NCBI GenBank assembly: GCA_964016885.1 | Contig: OZ024764.1 | Coordinates: 14,384,001 to 14,448,000, forward strand | Length of the DNA: 64,000 nucleotides | Direction of reading: 5' to 3' | Source of the DNA: Eledone cirrhosa | Lineage: Eukaryota | Part shown: positions 1 to 16,900 of the stretch, in pieces | Position numbering within the stretch: position 1 is the first letter of the stretch | Layout of the letters: each line of letters opens with the position of its first letter | Translations under genes and position numbers: made by a program | The notes under the pieces: generated by a model | Databases searched by the model: none | What the model was told of the DNA's origin: nothing | Seen by the model: only the letters and a program-made list of their open reading frames with translations

Positions 1-32
1 GGATGTGGTTTTGAAGTTGTGGAGGTGGTGTA

Positions 33-188
33 GACGTGTTGATCGTGTGGTGTTGGTGGCCGTGGTGTTGGGGTAGAGGTCATGTGGTGGACATGGTGGA
101 GGTGGTGTTGACGTGTTGATCGTGTGGTGTTGGTGGCCGTGGTGTTGGGGTAGAGGTCATGTGGTGGACATGGTGGAGGTGGTGTTGA
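33..188. repeat. 77-bp GT-rich tandem duplication (2 copies)
   Basis: gacgtgttgatcgtgtgg...ggtggtgtt at 33 and again at 110. Confidence 0.85.
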
Positions 189-281
189 GGTGTTTCAGAT
201 TAAATAACTGCCACGTAGTCATGCATGAAATTATAACAGTCATTTCTTGTCATCCTCTGTTGGACACCCTCAGACACATAC

Positions 282-284
<3 letters not shown>

Positions 285-349
<65 letters not shown>

Positions 350-578
350 ATATTGGCACACAAACATATACATATATACACACACACACACACAGGTATA
401 TTGGCACACAAACATATACATATATATACACACACACACACACGCACAGGTATATTGGCACACAAACATATACATACACACACACACACACACATACAGG
501 TATATTGGCACACAAACATATACATATATATACACACACACACACACACACATACAGGTATATTGGCACACAGACATA

Positions 579-610
<32 letters not shown>

Positions 611-1315
611 TACAGGTATATTGGCACACAGACATATACATATATACACACACACACACACATACAGGTATATTGGCACACAAACATATACATATATATA
701 CACACACACACACACACATACAGGTATATTGGCACACAGACATATACATATATACACACACACACACACATACAGGTATATTGGCACACAGACATATACA
801 TATATACACACACACACACACACAGGTATATTGGCACACAAACATATACATATATATACACACACACACACACACACAGGTATATTGGCACACAAACATA
901 TACATATACACACACACACACACACGCACACACAGGTATATTGGCACACAAACATATACATATATATACACACACACACACGCACAGGTATATTGGCACA
1001 CAAACATATACATATATACACACACACACACACACAGGTATATTGGCACACAAACATATACATATATACACACACACACACACACAGGTATATTGGCACA
1101 CAAACATATACATATATACACACACACACACACACAGGTATATTGGCACACAAACATATACATATACACACACACACACACACGCACACACAGGTATATT
1201 GGCACACAAACATATACATATATACACACACACACACACATACAGGTATATTGGCACACAAACATATACATATATATACACACACACGCACACACAGGTA
1301 TATTGGCACACAAAC

Positions 1316-1360
<45 letters not shown>

Positions 1361-1515
1361 GGTATATTGGCACACAAACATATACATATATATACACACA
1401 CACACACGCACACACAGGTATATTGGCACACAAACATATACATATATACACACACACACACACACAGGTATATTGGCACACAAACATATACATATACACA
1501 CACACACACACAGGT
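285..1515. repeat. Compound VNTR: caggtatattggcacacaaacatatacatatata + variable (CA)n, unit about 55-65 bp
   Basis: Constant core repeated about 20 times, separated by CA runs of variable length. Confidence 0.95.
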
Positions 1516-1582
1516 ATGTATACATGCGCACACACACACACACACACACTTATCTCTCTCTGTCACGCACGCATACTTACAT

Positions 1583-1671
<89 letters not shown>

Positions 1672-1928
1672 CTCTCTCTCTCTCACACATGTACACATAC
1701 ATGTGCATATATACAAACTCTCACTCTGTCACGCATGTACACACATGCATACATGTACACACACACACACACTCCCCCCCCTCTCTCTCTCCAGATATTA
1801 GATACTAAACATGCTAAACCTGTTTTGAAATCAAATACATCATCATCATGGTTATCATTGGCAGGTTGTTTAACCCTAGGTCAGTCCTGATCTAACAGAC
1901 CTGTGATCAAAGATGCTCCAGTTGTGAC

Positions 1929-4900
1929 CATCCTGTCATATATACAGACACAGTGTGTCTAGGACTACATTATCTAATGTGTCCTGTCTTATATACAGAC
2001 ACAGTGTACCTAGGACTACATTATCTAATGTGTCCTGTCTTATATACAGACACAGTCTATCTAGGACTACATTATCTAATGTGTCCTGTCTTATATACAG
2101 ACACAGTGTATCTAGGACTACATTATCTAATGTCTCCTGTCTTATATACAGACACAGTGTATCTAGGACTACATTATCTAATGTGTCCTGTCTTATATAC
2201 AGACACAGTGTGTCTAGGACTACATTATCTAATGTGTCCTGTCTTATATACAGACACAGTGTACCTAGGACTACATTATCTAATGTGTCCTGTCTTATAT
2301 ACAGACACAGTCTATCTAGGACTACATTATCTAATGTGTCCTGTCTTATATACAGACACAGTGTACCTAGGACTACATTATCTAATGTGTCCTGTCTTAT
2401 ATACAGACACAGTGTATCTAGGACTACATTATCTAATGTCTCCTGTCTTATATACAGACACAGTGTATCTAGGACTACATTATCTAATGTGTCCTGTCTT
2501 ATATACAGACACAGTGTATCTAGGACTACATTATCTAATGTGTCCTGTCTTATATACAGACACAGTGTACCTAGGACTACATTATCTAATGTCTCCTGTC
2601 TTATATACAGACACAGTGTATCTAGGACTACATTATCTAATGTCTCCTGTCTTATATACAGACACAGTGTATCTAGGACTACATTATCTAATGTGTCCTG
2701 TCTTATATACAGACACAGTGTATCTAGGACTACATTATCTAATGTGTCCTGTCTTATATACAGACACAGTGTCTCTAGGACTACATTATCTAATGTGTCA
2801 TGTCTTATATACAGACACAGTCTACCTAGGACTACATTATCTAATGTGTCCTGTCTTATATACAGACACAGTGTACCTAGGACTACATTATCTAATGTGT
2901 CCTGTCTTATATACAGACACAGTCTATCTAGGACTACATTATCTAATGTGTCCTGTCTTATATACAGACACAGTGTACCTAGGACTACATTATCTAATGT
3001 GTCCTGTCTTATATACAGACACAGTGTATCTAGGACTACATTATCTAATGTCTCCTGTCTTATATACAGACACAGTGTATCTAGGACTACATTATCTAAT
3101 GTGTCCTGTCTTATATACAGACACAGTGTATCTAGGACTACATTATCTAATGTGTCCTGTCTTATATACAGACACAGTGTACCTAGGACTACATTATCTA
3201 ATGTGTCCTGTCTTATATACAGACACAGTCTACCTAGGACTACATTATCTAATGTGTCCTGTCTTATATACAGACACAGTGTACCTAGGACTACATTATC
3301 TAATGTGTCCTGTCTTATATACAGACACAGTGTACCTAGGACTACATTATCTAATGTGTCCTGTCTTATATACAGACACAGTCTACCTAGGACTACATTA
3401 TCTAATGTGTCCTGTCTTATATACAGACACAGTGTATCTAGGACTACATTATCTAATGTGTCCTGTCTTATATACAGACACAGTGTATCTAGGACTACAT
3501 TATCTAATGTGTCCTGTCTTATATACAGACACAGTGTACCTAGGACTACATTATCTAATGTGTCCTGTCTTATATACAGACACAGTCTATCTAGGACTAC
3601 ATTATCTAATGTGTCCTGTCTTATATACAGACACAGTGTACCTAGGACTACATTATCTAATGTGTCCTGTCTTATATACAGACACAGTGTATCTAGGACT
3701 ACATTATCTAATGTCTCCTGTCTTATATACAGACACAGTGTATCTAGGACTACATTATCTAATGTGTCCTGTCTTATATACAGACACAGTGTATCTAGGA
3801 CTACATTATCTAATGTGTCCTGTCTTATATACAGACACAGTGTACCTAGGACTACATTATCTAATGTGTCCTGTCTTATATACAGACACAGTCTACCTAG
3901 GACTACATTATCTAATGTGTCCTGTCTTATATACAGACACAGTGTACCTAGGACTACATTATCTAATGTGTCCTGTCTTATATACAGACACAGTGTACCT
4001 AGGACTACATTATCTAATGTGTCCTGTCTTATATACAGACACAGTCTACCTAGGACTACATTATCTAATGTGTCCTGTCTTATATACAGACACAGTGTAT
4101 CTAGGACTACATTATCTAATGTGTCCTGTCTTATATACAGACACAGTGTATCTAGGACTACATTATCTAATGTGTCCTGTCTTATATACAGACACAGTGT
4201 ACCTAGGACTGCATTATCTAATGTGTCCTGTCTTATATACAGACACAGTGTACCTAGGACTACATTATCTAATGTGTCCTGTCTTATATACAGACACAGT
4301 GTATCTAGGATTACATTATCTAATGTGTCATGTCTTATATACAGACACAGTGTATCTAGGACTACATTATCTAATGTGTCCTGTCTTATATACAGACACA
4401 GTGTATCTAGGACTACATTATCTAATGTGTCCTGTCTTATATACAGACACAGTGTACCTAGGACTACATTATCTAATGTGTCCTGTCATATATACAGACA
4501 CAGTGTATCTAGGACTACATTATCTAATGTGTCCTGTCATATATACAGACACAGTGTATCTAGGACTACATTATCTAATGTGTCCTGTCTTATATACAGA
4601 CACAGTGTATCTAGGACTACATTATCTAATGTGTCCTGTCTTATATACAGACACAGTGTATCTAGGACTACATTATCTAATGTGTCCTGTCATATATACA
4701 GACACAGTGTATCTAGGACTACATTATCTAATGTGTCCTGTCTTATATACAGACACAGTGTATCTAGGACTACATTATCTAATGTGTCCTGTCTTATATA
4801 CAGACACAGTGTACCTAGGACTACATTATCTAATGTCTCCTGTCTTATATACAGACACAGTGTATCTAGGACTACATTATCTAATGTGTCCTGTCTTATA

Positions 4901-6462
4901 TACAGACACAGTGTATCTAGGACTACATTATCTAATGTGTCCTGTCTTATATACAGACACAGTCTATCTAGGACTACATTATCTAATGTGTCCTGTCTTA
5001 TATACAGACACAGTGTATCTAGGACTACATTGTCTAATGTCTTGTCTTACATACAGACACAGTCTACCTAGGACTACACTATCTAATGTGTCTTGTCTTA
5101 TATACAGACACAGTGTATCTAGGACTACATTATCTAATGTGTCCTGTCTTATATACAGACACAGTGTATCTAGGACTACATTATCTAATGTGTCCTGTCT
5201 TATATACAGACACAGTGTATCTAGGACTACATTATCTAATGTCCTGTCTTATATACAGACACAGTGTATCTAGGACTACATTATCTAATGTCCTGTCTTA
5301 TAGACGGACACAGTGTATCTAGGACTACATTATTTAATGTGTCCTGTCTTATATACAGACACAGTGTACCTAGGACTACATTATCTAATGTGTCTTGTAT
5401 ACAGACACAGTGTATCTAGGACTACATTATCTAATGTGTCCTGTCTTATATACAGACACAGTATATCTAGGACTACATTATCTAATGTGTCCTGTCTTAT
5501 ATACAGACACAGTGTACCTAGGACTACATTATCTAATGTGTCCTGTCTTATATACAGAGACAGTGTACCTAGGACTACATTATCTAATGTGTCCTGTCTT
5601 ATATACAGACACAGTGTATCTAGGACTACATTATCTAATGTGTCCTGTCTTATATACAGACACAGTGTACCTAGGACTACATTATCTAATGTGTCCTGTC
5701 TTATATACAGACACAGTGTACCTAGGACTACATTATCTAATGTGTCCTGTCTTATATACAGACACAGTGTACCTAGGACTACACTATCTAATGTGTCTTG
5801 TCTTATATACAGACACAGTGTATCTAGGACTACATTATCTAATGTGTCCTGTCTTATATACAGACACAGTGTACCTAGGACTACATTATCTAATGTGTCC
5901 TGTCTTATATACAGACACAGTATATCTTGGACTACATTATCTAATGTGTCCTGTCTTATATACAGACACAGTGTACCTAGGACTACATTATCTAATGTGT
6001 CCTGTCTTATATACAGACACAGTGTACCTAGGACTACATTATCTAATGTGTCCTGTCTTATATACAGACACAGTGTACCTAGGACTACACTATCTAATGT
6101 GTCTTGTCTTATATACAGACACAGTGTATCTAGGACTACATTATCTAATGTGTCCTGTCTTATATAGACACAGTGTACCTAGGACTACATTATCTAATGT
6201 GTCCTGTCTTATATACAGACACAGTATATCTTGGACTACATTATCTAATGTGTCCTGTCTTATATACAGACACAGTGTACCTAGGACTACATTATCTAAT
6301 GTGTCCTGTCTTATATACAGACACAGTGTATCTAGGACTACATTATCTAATGTGTCCTGTCTTATATACAGACACAGTGTACCTAGGACTACATTATCTA
6401 ATGTGTCCTGTCTTATATACAGACACAGTGTATCTAGGACTATATCATTTAATGTGTCCTTC
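1929..6462. repeat. 51-bp satellite array I (about 89 monomers)
   Basis: Monomer cctgtcttatatacagacacagtgtatctaggactacattatctaatgtgt; 17-aa periodic ORFs. Confidence 0.98.
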
Positions 6463-6682
6463 CTTGAGAGAGAGAGTAGGTGATTCAATGAATTATTGGT
6501 GGTAGCACCAAAACAAGCACTTGATGCTCGAGCAGAGTGTATTTAGTTTTTTATTGTGTTAGGAAGGGCATCCAGCTATAGAAAGCTTGCCAAATGAGGG
6601 GTTAGGATGATCTTTCAGTTTGTGCCAAAAGACATAGCTTCTCCTCTGCACTTGATAATTGTTTCTATGTTAGGCACAAGGC

Positions 6683-7110
6683 CATTTCATTTCATTTCAT
6701 TTGAGTTTGAGTCCATGCTCAGGCCAAGTCGAAGACTCCACCCTCAGAGTCTGGTGTGGTTGCCAGGTTGGATTCTCTGTTTAATTTTGACATGTGTAGG
6801 AGCGAGTTTGAGTCAGTTTGTGCTCGTTGTGTATATCCTGGGAGATGGGGTTCATCTCTAATGGTGCTTAAGTATCTATCCAGTTGCAATTTGAATGATT
6901 CCACACTGCATCCTGATAGATTTCTGACATGTACCGGAATGGAGTTGAATAGTTGTGCCCCTTGAACCAACAGACTTGACTCTCGCAGGGTTTTTGCTGC
7001 CTGGCCAGCCTTTTTGTTGATTGGTGGTAGCTGGCAGCGTCTTCTGTGGCGCAGCGAGTGGTAGGTTTTGATACCAAAGTTCGACACCTTTTGCTCTATC
7101 AAATGTATAT
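6683..7110 (-). mobile_element. 3' fragment of a CR1/L2-group non-LTR retrotransposon (ORF2 C-terminus plus (AAATG)n tail)
   Basis: Minus-strand peptide SLLVQGAQLFNSIPVHVRNLSGCSVESFKLQLDRYLSTIRDEP resembles CR1/L2-group ORF2 ends; (catt t)-type pentamer tail at 6683-6702. Confidence 0.7.
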
Positions 7111-7174
7111 AATTCGGTATCGCTCAAATCTTCTTTCTATTGAGTACATCTTCAAGGTTTTGAGTCTTTGCCAG

Positions 7175-7305
7175 TAAATACCCAGTACATTACTGGTACT
7201 TTATTTTATCGACCCCGTAAGGATGAAGGGCAAAGTTAACCTCAACGGGATTTGATCTCAGACCATAATGGGACGTAACTATGCTAGAAAGCATGGCGTC
7301 CAGAC
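7175..7305 (-). mobile_element. SINE family B copy (partial)
   Basis: Reverse complement matches the full copy at 48290-48478. Confidence 0.8.
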
Positions 7306-7389
7306 TGCGCGTAAGAGGAATACACACATCCCTGGCCTATCTGGGAGGTCAGTAACCTCGCTACAGTTCTAATTAGGTCTGTATAAATT

Positions 7390-7530
7390 AGCCCCTGGTA
7401 AAGGTGTTGGACTTAGATTCATAATATCGTAAGTTCAAATCCTCAACTGGGTAGCATGTTGTGTTCTCGAGCAAAACACTTAATTTCATTTTGCTCCAGT
7501 ATACTCAGCTGAAAATGAGTAGCAGCAATA
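7390..7530 (+). mobile_element. tRNA-derived CORE-like SINE (family A) head and core
   Basis: B box gttcaaatcc followed by CORE-like tgtgttctcgagcaaaacacttaatttc...ctcagctgaaaatgagta. Confidence 0.7.
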
Positions 7531-8727
7531 GCTGGGGGTTTAACCCTGCAATGGACTGGCGTCCTGTCCAGGGGGAAGTCTTTTATTCTTAGTCGCTTCA
7601 CACCATGAAACCAGGATAAGTACCAGCAATAGCTGGGGGTTTAACTTTGCAATGGACTGGCGTCCTGTCCAGGGGGAAGTCTTTTATTCTTAGTCGCTTC
7701 ACACCATGAAACCAGGATAAGTACCAGCAATAGCTGGGGGTTTAACCCTGCAATGGACTGGCGTCCTGTCCAGTGGGAAGTCTTTTATTCTTAGTCGCTT
7801 CACACCATGAAACCAGGATAAGTACCGGCAATAGCTGGGGGTTTAACTTTGCAATGGACTGGCGTCCTGTCCAGGGGGAAGTCTTTTATTCTTAGTCGCT
7901 TCACACCATGAAACCAGGATAAGTACCAGTAATAGCTGGGGGTTTAACTTTGCAATGGACTGGCGTCCTGTCCAGGGGGAAGTCTTTTATTCTTAGTCGC
8001 TTCACACCATGAAACCAGGATAAGTACCAGCAATAGCTGGGGGTTTAACTTTGCAATGGACTGGTGTCCTGTCCAGGGGGAAGTCTTTTATTCTTAGTCG
8101 CTTCACACCATGAAACCAGGATAAGTACCAGCAATAGCTGGGGGTTTAACCCTGCAATGGACTGGCGTCCTGTCCAGGAGGAAGTCTTTTATTCTTAGTC
8201 GCTTCACACCATGAAACCAGGATAAGTACCAGCAATAGCTGGGGGTTTAACCCTGCAATGGACTGGCGCCCTGTCCAGGGGAAGTCTTTTATTCTTAGTC
8301 GCTTCACACCATGAAACCAGGATAAGTACCAGTAATAGCTGGGGGTTTAACTTTGCAATGGACTGGCGTCCTGTCCAGGGGGAAGTCTTTTATTCTTAGT
8401 CGCTTCACACCATGAAACCAGGATAAGTACCAGCAATAGCTGGGGGTTTAACTTTGCAATGGACTGGCGTCCTGTCCAGGGGGCCGTCTTGTAGTCTGTC
8501 GCTTCACGCCATCAAACCGGGATAAGTACCAGCAATAGCTGGGGGTTTAACCCTGCAATGGACTGGTGTCCTGTCCAGGGGGAAGTCTTGTACTCTGTCG
8601 CTTCACGCCATGAAACCGGGATAAGTACCAGCAATAGCTGGGGGTTTAACCCTGCAATGGACTGGTGTCCTGTCCAGGGGGAAGTCTTGTACTCTGTCGC
8701 TTCACGCCATGAAACCGGGATAAGTAT
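7515..8727. repeat. 101-bp minisatellite (about 12 copies) continuing the 3' part of the adjacent SINE
   Basis: gctgggggtttaac recurs at 7531, 7632, 7733 and onward; the array starts directly after the SINE core. Confidence 0.92.
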
Positions 8728-8804
8728 TGGCCTGACAAGACTTCAGCTTACGGCAGACCCTAGAAACTCGTCCAAACCTTGCTAGCAGGGAAAGTGGACA
8801 GCAA

Positions 8805-8992
8805 ATAATAATAATAATTGTTTCTACTTTAGGCACAAGGCCAGCAATTACCCAGTGCATTACTGGTACTTTATTTTATCGACCCCGTAAGGATGAAAGG
8901 CAAAGTCAACCTCGGCAGGATTTGAACTCAGATCGTAAAGGGACGTAACTATGCTGGAAAGCATGGCGTCAAACCCTCTACCGATACTGCCA
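8805..8992 (-). mobile_element. SINE family B copy with (TTA)n tail
   Basis: Reverse complement matches 48300-48478 including A-box (tggcagtatcggtagag) and B-box (gttcaaatcc) regions. Confidence 0.85.
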
Positions 8993-9159
8993 TAATAATA
9001 ATGATGATGATGATGATGATGATGATATACATACCCCCCCCCCCCCTCCCCCATACCCCTCAGGTATTTAATAGGTGGAGATAGTTGATGGCTTTGTTTA
9101 CAGACACAAACCAGACCTGCTGAAGATTGAATATATGCAGGAAACTATGTATCTGTCTA

Positions 9160-9600
<441 letters not shown>

Positions 9601-9663
9601 CATACATACACACCCAGCTATTCAGTTGGTTGGTGTTTTTGCTGCGTAAAAATGTTATACATT

Positions 9664-10670
9664 CCACTACCACCACTACTACTACCACCACCACTACTAC
9701 TACCACCACCACTACTACCACCACCACTACTACTACCACCACCACTACTACTACCACCACCACTACTACCACTACCACCACCATCACTACTACCACCACC
9801 ACTACTACCACCACCACTACTACTACCACCACCACTACTACAACCAACACCATTACTACCACTACCATTACTAGCACCACCACTACCGCCACCACTACCA
9901 TCAACACTACTACAACCACTACTACAACTACCAATACTACTACAACCACCACCACCACTACTACCATTACTAGCACCACTACTATCATAACTAGCACCAT
10001 TACCACCACCACCACTACTACCATAACTAGCACCACTACCACCACACTACTACCATGAACACCACCACCACTACCATCAACTCTACTACAACCACTACTA
10101 CAACTACCAATACTACTACAACCACCACCACCACTACTACCATTACTAGCACCACTACTATCATAACTAGCACCATTACCACCACCACCACTACTACCAT
10201 AACTAGCACCACTACCACCACACTACTACCATGAACACCACCACCACTACCATCAACTCTACTACAACCACTACTACAACTACCAATACTACTACAACCA
10301 CCACCACCACTACTACCATTACTAGCACCACTACTATCATAACTAGCACCATTACCACCACCACCACTACTACCATAACTAGCACCACTACCACCACACT
10401 ACTACCATGAACACCACCACCACTACCATCAACTCTACTACAACCACTACTACAACTACCAATACTACTACAACCACCACCACCACTACTACCATTACTA
10501 GCACCACTACTATCATAACTAGCACCATTACCACCACCACTACTACCATTACTAGCACCATTACCACCACCACTACTACCATAACTAGCACCACTACCAC
10601 CACACTACTACCATGAACACCACCACCACTACCACCAACTCTACTACAACCATCACACCACCACCACCAG
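9664..10670. repeat. (ACC/ACT)n triplet repeat with 176-bp higher-order unit
   Basis: Near-identical ORF ends at 10036, 10212 and 10388 (period 176). Confidence 0.92.
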
Positions 10671-10762
10671 ACATAACAAGACAATGAACCAGTGTAAAGT
10701 ATGTAGCATATACCTTGCCAAATCTACAACAACAACATCAGCAACACTGAACGTAATATTAG

Positions 10763-10802
<40 letters not shown>

Positions 10803-10928
10803 GTAAGTGAGTGAAGGAGGGGGAGAAAGAGAACGAAAATGCCATGTTTAAAGCATTAGTTAGTAAACAAAAGATATTCCAGCTGTGACCATCCTGCCTA
10901 TTATTATTCAGACACAATCTGAATATTG

Positions 10929-13900
10929 TCACAGTATACCTAGGACTACATTATCTAATGTCTCCTGTCTTATATACAGACACAGTCCACCTAGGACTAC
11001 ATTATCTAATGTGTCCTGTCTTATATACAGACACAGTGTACCTAGGACTACATTATCTAATGTGTCCTGTCTTATCTACAGACACAGTGTATCTAGGACT
11101 ACATTATCTAATGTGTCCTGTCTTATATACAGACACAGTGTATCTAGGACTACATTATCTAATGTGTCCTGTCTTATATACAGACAGTGTATCTAGGACT
11201 ACATTATCTAATGTGTCCTGTCTTATATACAGACACAGTGTACCTAGGACTACATTATCTAATGTGTCCTGTCTTATATACAGACACAGTGTATCTAGGA
11301 CTACATTATCTAATGTGTCCTGTCTTATATACAGACACAGTGTATCTAGGACTACATTATCTAATGTGTCCTGTCTTATATACAGACACAGTGTCTCTAG
11401 GACTACATTATCTAATGTGTCCTGTCTTATATACAGACACAGTGTACCTAGGACTACATTATCTAATGTGTCCTGTCTTATATACAGACACAGTGTATCT
11501 AGGACTACATTATCTAATGTGTCCTGTCTTATATACAGACACAGTGTATCTAGGACTACATTATCTAATGTGTCCTGTCTTATATACAGACACAGTGTAC
11601 CTAGGACTACATTATCTAATGTGTCCTGTCTTATATACAGACACAGTGTACCTAGGACTACATTATCTAATGTGTCCTGTCTTATATACAGACACAGTGT
11701 ATCTAGGACTACATTATCTAATGTGTCCTGTCTTATATACAGACACAGTGTACCTAGGACTACATTATCTAATGTGTCCTGTCTTATATACAGACACAGT
11801 GTATCTAGGACTACATTATCTAATGTGTCCTGTCTTATATACAGACACAGTGTACCTAGGACTACATTATCTAATGTGTCCTGTCTTATATACAGACACA
11901 GTGTATCTAGGACTACATTATCTAATGTGTCCTGTCTTATATACAGACACAGTGTATCTAGGACTACATTATCTAATGTGTCCTGTCTTATATACAGACA
12001 CAGTGTATCTAGGACTACACTTATCTAATGTGTCCTGTCTTATATACAGACACAGTGTATCTAGGACTACATTATCTAATGTGTCCTGTCTTATATACAG
12101 ACACAGTGTATCTAGGACTACATTATCTAATGTGTCCTGTCTTATATACAGACACAGTCTATCTAGGACTACATTATCTAATGTGTCCTGTCTTATATAC
12201 AGACACAGTGTATCTAGGACTACATTATCTAATGTGTCCTGTCTTATATACAGACACAGTCTATCTAGGACTACATTATCTAATGTGTCCTGTCTTATAT
12301 ACAGACACAGTCTATCTAGGACTACATTATCTAATGTGTCCTGTCTTATATACAGACACAGTCTACCTAGGACTACATTATCTAATGTGTCCTGTCTTAT
12401 ATACAGACACAGTCTATCTAGGACTACATTATCTAATGTGTCCTGTCTTATATACAGACACAGTCTATCTAGGACTACATTATCTAATGTGTCCTGTCTT
12501 ATATACAGACACAGTCTATCTAGGACTACATTATCTAATGTGTCCTGTCTTATATACAGACACAGTCTATCTAGGACTACATTATCTAATGTGTCCTGTC
12601 TTATATACAGACACAGTCTACCTAGGACTACATTATCTAATGTGTCCTGTCTTATATACAGACACAGTCTATCTAGGACTACATTATCTAATGTGTCCTG
12701 TCTTATATACAGACACAGTCTACCTAGGACTACATTATCTAATGTGTCCTGTCTTATATACAGACACAGTGTATCTAGGACTACATATCTAATGTGTCCT
12801 GTCTTATATACAGACACAGTGTATCTAGGACTACATTATCTAATGTGTCCTGTCTTATATACAGACACAGTCTACCTAGGATTACATTATCTAATGTGTC
12901 CTGTCTTATATACAGACACAGTCTATCTAGGACTACATTATCTAATGTGTCCTGTCTTATATACAGACACAGTCTATCTAGGACTACATTATCTAATGTG
13001 TCCTGTCTTATATACAGACACAGTGTATCTAGGACTACAATATCTAATGTGTCCTGTCTTATATACAGACACAGTATATCTAGGACTACATTATCTAATG
13101 TGTCCTGTCTTATATACAGACACAGTCTACCTAGGACTACATTATCTAATGTGTCCTGTCTTATATACAGACACAGTGTATCTAGGACTACATTATCTAA
13201 TGTGTCCTGTCTTATATACAGACACAGTCTACCTAGGACTACATTATCTAATGTGTCCTGTCTTATATACAGACACAGTCTACCTAGGACTACACTATCT
13301 AATGTGTCCTGTCTTATATACAGACACAGTGTATCTAGGACTACATTATCTAATGTGTCTTGTCTTATATACAGACACAGTATATCTAGGACTACACTAT
13401 CTAATGTGTCCTGTCTTATATACAGACACAGTGTATCTAAGACTACATTATCTAATGTGTCCTGTCTTATATACAGACACAGTCTACCTAGGACTACATT
13501 ATCTAATGTGTCCTGTCTTATATACAGACACAGTCTACCTAGGACTACACTATCTAATGTGTCCTGTCTTATATACAGACACAGTGTATCTAGGACTACA
13601 TTATCTAATGTGTCCTGTCTTATATACAGACACAGTGTATCTAGGACTACATTATCTAATGTGTCCTGTCTTATATACAGACACAGTCTACCTAGGACTA
13701 CATTATCTAATGTGTCCTGTCTTATATACAGACACAGTCTACCTAGGACTACACTATCTAATGTGTCCTGTCTTATATACAGACACAGTGTATCTAGGAC
13801 TACATTATCTAATGTGTCCTGTCTTATATACAGACACAGTGTATCTAGGACTACATTATCTAATGTGTCCTGTCTTATATACAGACACAGTGTATCTAGG

Positions 13901-16900
13901 ACTACATTATCTAATGTGTCCTGTCTTATATACAGACACAGTGTATCTAGGACTACATTATCTAATGTGTCCTGTCTTATATACAGACACAGTCTACCTA
14001 GGACTACATTATCTAATGTGTCCTGTCTTATATACAGACACAGTGTATCTAGGACTACATTATCTAATGTGTCCTGTCTTATATACAGACACAGTATATC
14101 TAGGACTACAATATCTAATGTGTCCTGTCTTATATACAGACACAGTATATCTAGGACTACAATATCTAATGTGTCCTGTCTTATATACAGACACAGTGTA
14201 TCTAGGACTACATTATCTAATGTGTCCTGTCTTATATACAGACACAGTCTACCTAGGACTACATTATCTAATGTGTCCTGTCTTATATACAGACACAGTC
14301 TACCTAGGACTACACTATCTAATGTGTCCTGTCTTATATACAGACACAGTGTATCTAGGACTACATTATCTAATGTGTCCTGTCTTATATACAGACACAG
14401 TGTATCTAGGACTACATTATCTAATGTGTCCTGTCTTATATACAGACACAGTGTATCTAGGACTACATTATCTAATGTGTCCTGTCTTATATACAGACAC
14501 AGTGTATCTAGGACTACATTATCTAATGTGTCCTGTCTTATATACAGACACAGTCTACCTAGGACTACATTATCTAATGTGTCCTGTCTTATATACAGAC
14601 ACAGTGTATCTAGGACTACATTATCTAATGTGTCCTGTCTTATATACAGACACAGTCTACCTAGGACTACATTATCTAATGTGTCCTGTCTTATATACAG
14701 ACACAGTGTATCTAGGACTACATTATCTAATGTGTCCTGTCTTATATACAGACACAGTGTATCTAGGACTACATTATCTAATGTGTCCTGTCTTATATAC
14801 AGACACAGTGTATCTAGGACTACATTATCTAATGTGTCCTGTCTTATATACAGACACAGTGTATCTAGGACTACATTATCTAATGTGTCCTGTCTTATAT
14901 ACAGACACAGTGTACCTAGGACTACATTATCTAATGTGTCCTGTCTTATATACAGACACAGTGTATCTAGGACTACATTATCTAATGTGTCCTGTCTTAT
15001 ATACAGACACAGTGTATCTAGGACTACATTATCTAATGTGTCCTGTCTTATATACAGACACAGTGTATCTAGGACTACATTATCTAATGTGTCCTGTCTT
15101 ATATACAGACACAGTGTATCTAGGACTACATTATCTAATGTGTCCTGTCTTATATACAGACACAGTGTATCTAGGACTACATTATCTAATGTGTCCTGTC
15201 TTATATACAGACACAGTGTATCTAGGACTACATTATCTAATGTGTCCTGTCTTATATACAGACACAGTGTATCTAGGACTACATTATCTAATGTGTCCTG
15301 TCTTATATACAGACACAGTGTATCTAGGACTACATTATCTAATGTGTCCTGTCTTATATACAGACACAGTGTATCTAGGACTACATTATCTAATGTGTCC
15401 TGTCTTATATACAGACACAGTGTATCTAGGACTACATTATCTAATGTGTCCTGTCTTATATACAGACACAGTGTATCTAGGACTACATTATCTAATGTGT
15501 CCTGTCTTATATACAGACACAGTGTACCTAGGACTACATTATCTAATGTGTCCTGTCTTATATACAGACACAGTGTATCTAGGACTACATTATCTAATGT
15601 GTCCTGTCTTATATACAGACACAGTGTATCTAGGACTACATTATCTAATGTGTCCTGTCTTATATACAGACACAGTGTATCTAGGACTACATTATCTAAT
15701 GTGTCCTGTCTTATATACAGACACAGTGTATCTAGGACTACATTATCTAATGTGTCCTGTCTTATATACAGACACAGTGTATCTAGGACTACATTATCTA
15801 ATGTGTCCTGTCTTATATACAGACACAGTGTATCTAGGACTACATTATCTAATGTGTCCTGTCTTATATACAGACACAGTATATCTAGGACTACATTATC
15901 TAATGTGTCATGTCTTATATACAGACACAGTGTATCTAGGACTACATTATCTAATGTGTCCTGTCTTATATACAGACACAGTGTATCTAGGACTACACTA
16001 TCTAATGTGTCCTGTCTTATATACAGACACAGTCTACCTAGGACTACATTATCTAATGTGTCCTGTCTTATATACAGACACAGTCTATCTAGGACTACAT
16101 TGTCTAATGTGTCCTGTCTTATATACAGACACAGTATATCTAGGACTACATTATCTAATGTGTCCTGTCTTATATACAGACACAGTGTACCTAGGACTAC
16201 ATTATCTAATGTGTCCTGTCTTATATACAGACACAGTGTACCTAGGACTACATTATCTAATGTGTCCTGTCTTATATACAGACACAGTGTATCTAGGACT
16301 ACACTATCTAATGTGTCCTGTCTTATATACAGACACAGTCTACCTAGGACTACATTATCTAATGTGTCCTGTCTTATATACAGACACAGTCTATCTAGGA
16401 CTACATTGTCTAATGTGTCCTGTCTTATATACAGACACAGTGTATCTAGGACTACATTATCTAATGTGTCCTGTCTTATATACAGACACAGTATATCTAG
16501 GACTACATTATCTAATGTGTCCTGTCTTATATACAGACACAGTCTATCTAGGACTACATTATCTAATGTGTCCTGTCTTATATACAGACACAGTGTATCT
16601 AGGACTACATTATCTAATGTGTCCTGTCTTATATACAGACACAGTCTACCTAGGACTACATTATCTAATGTGTCCTGTCTTATATACAGACACAGTCTAT
16701 CTAGGACTACATTGTCTAATGTGTCCTGTCTTATATACAGACACAGTATATCTAGGACTACATTATCTAATGTGTCCTGTCTTATATACAGACACAGTCT
16801 ACCTAGGACTACATTATCTAATGTGTCCTGTCTTATATACAGACACAGTATATCTAGGACTACATTGTCTAATGTGTCCTGTCTTATATACAGACACAGT

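Noticed and set aside
113-1890. His/Thr/Tyr- and Cys/Val-rich ORFs here and throughout
   Set aside because: Translations of CA/TG/TA dinucleotide repeats.
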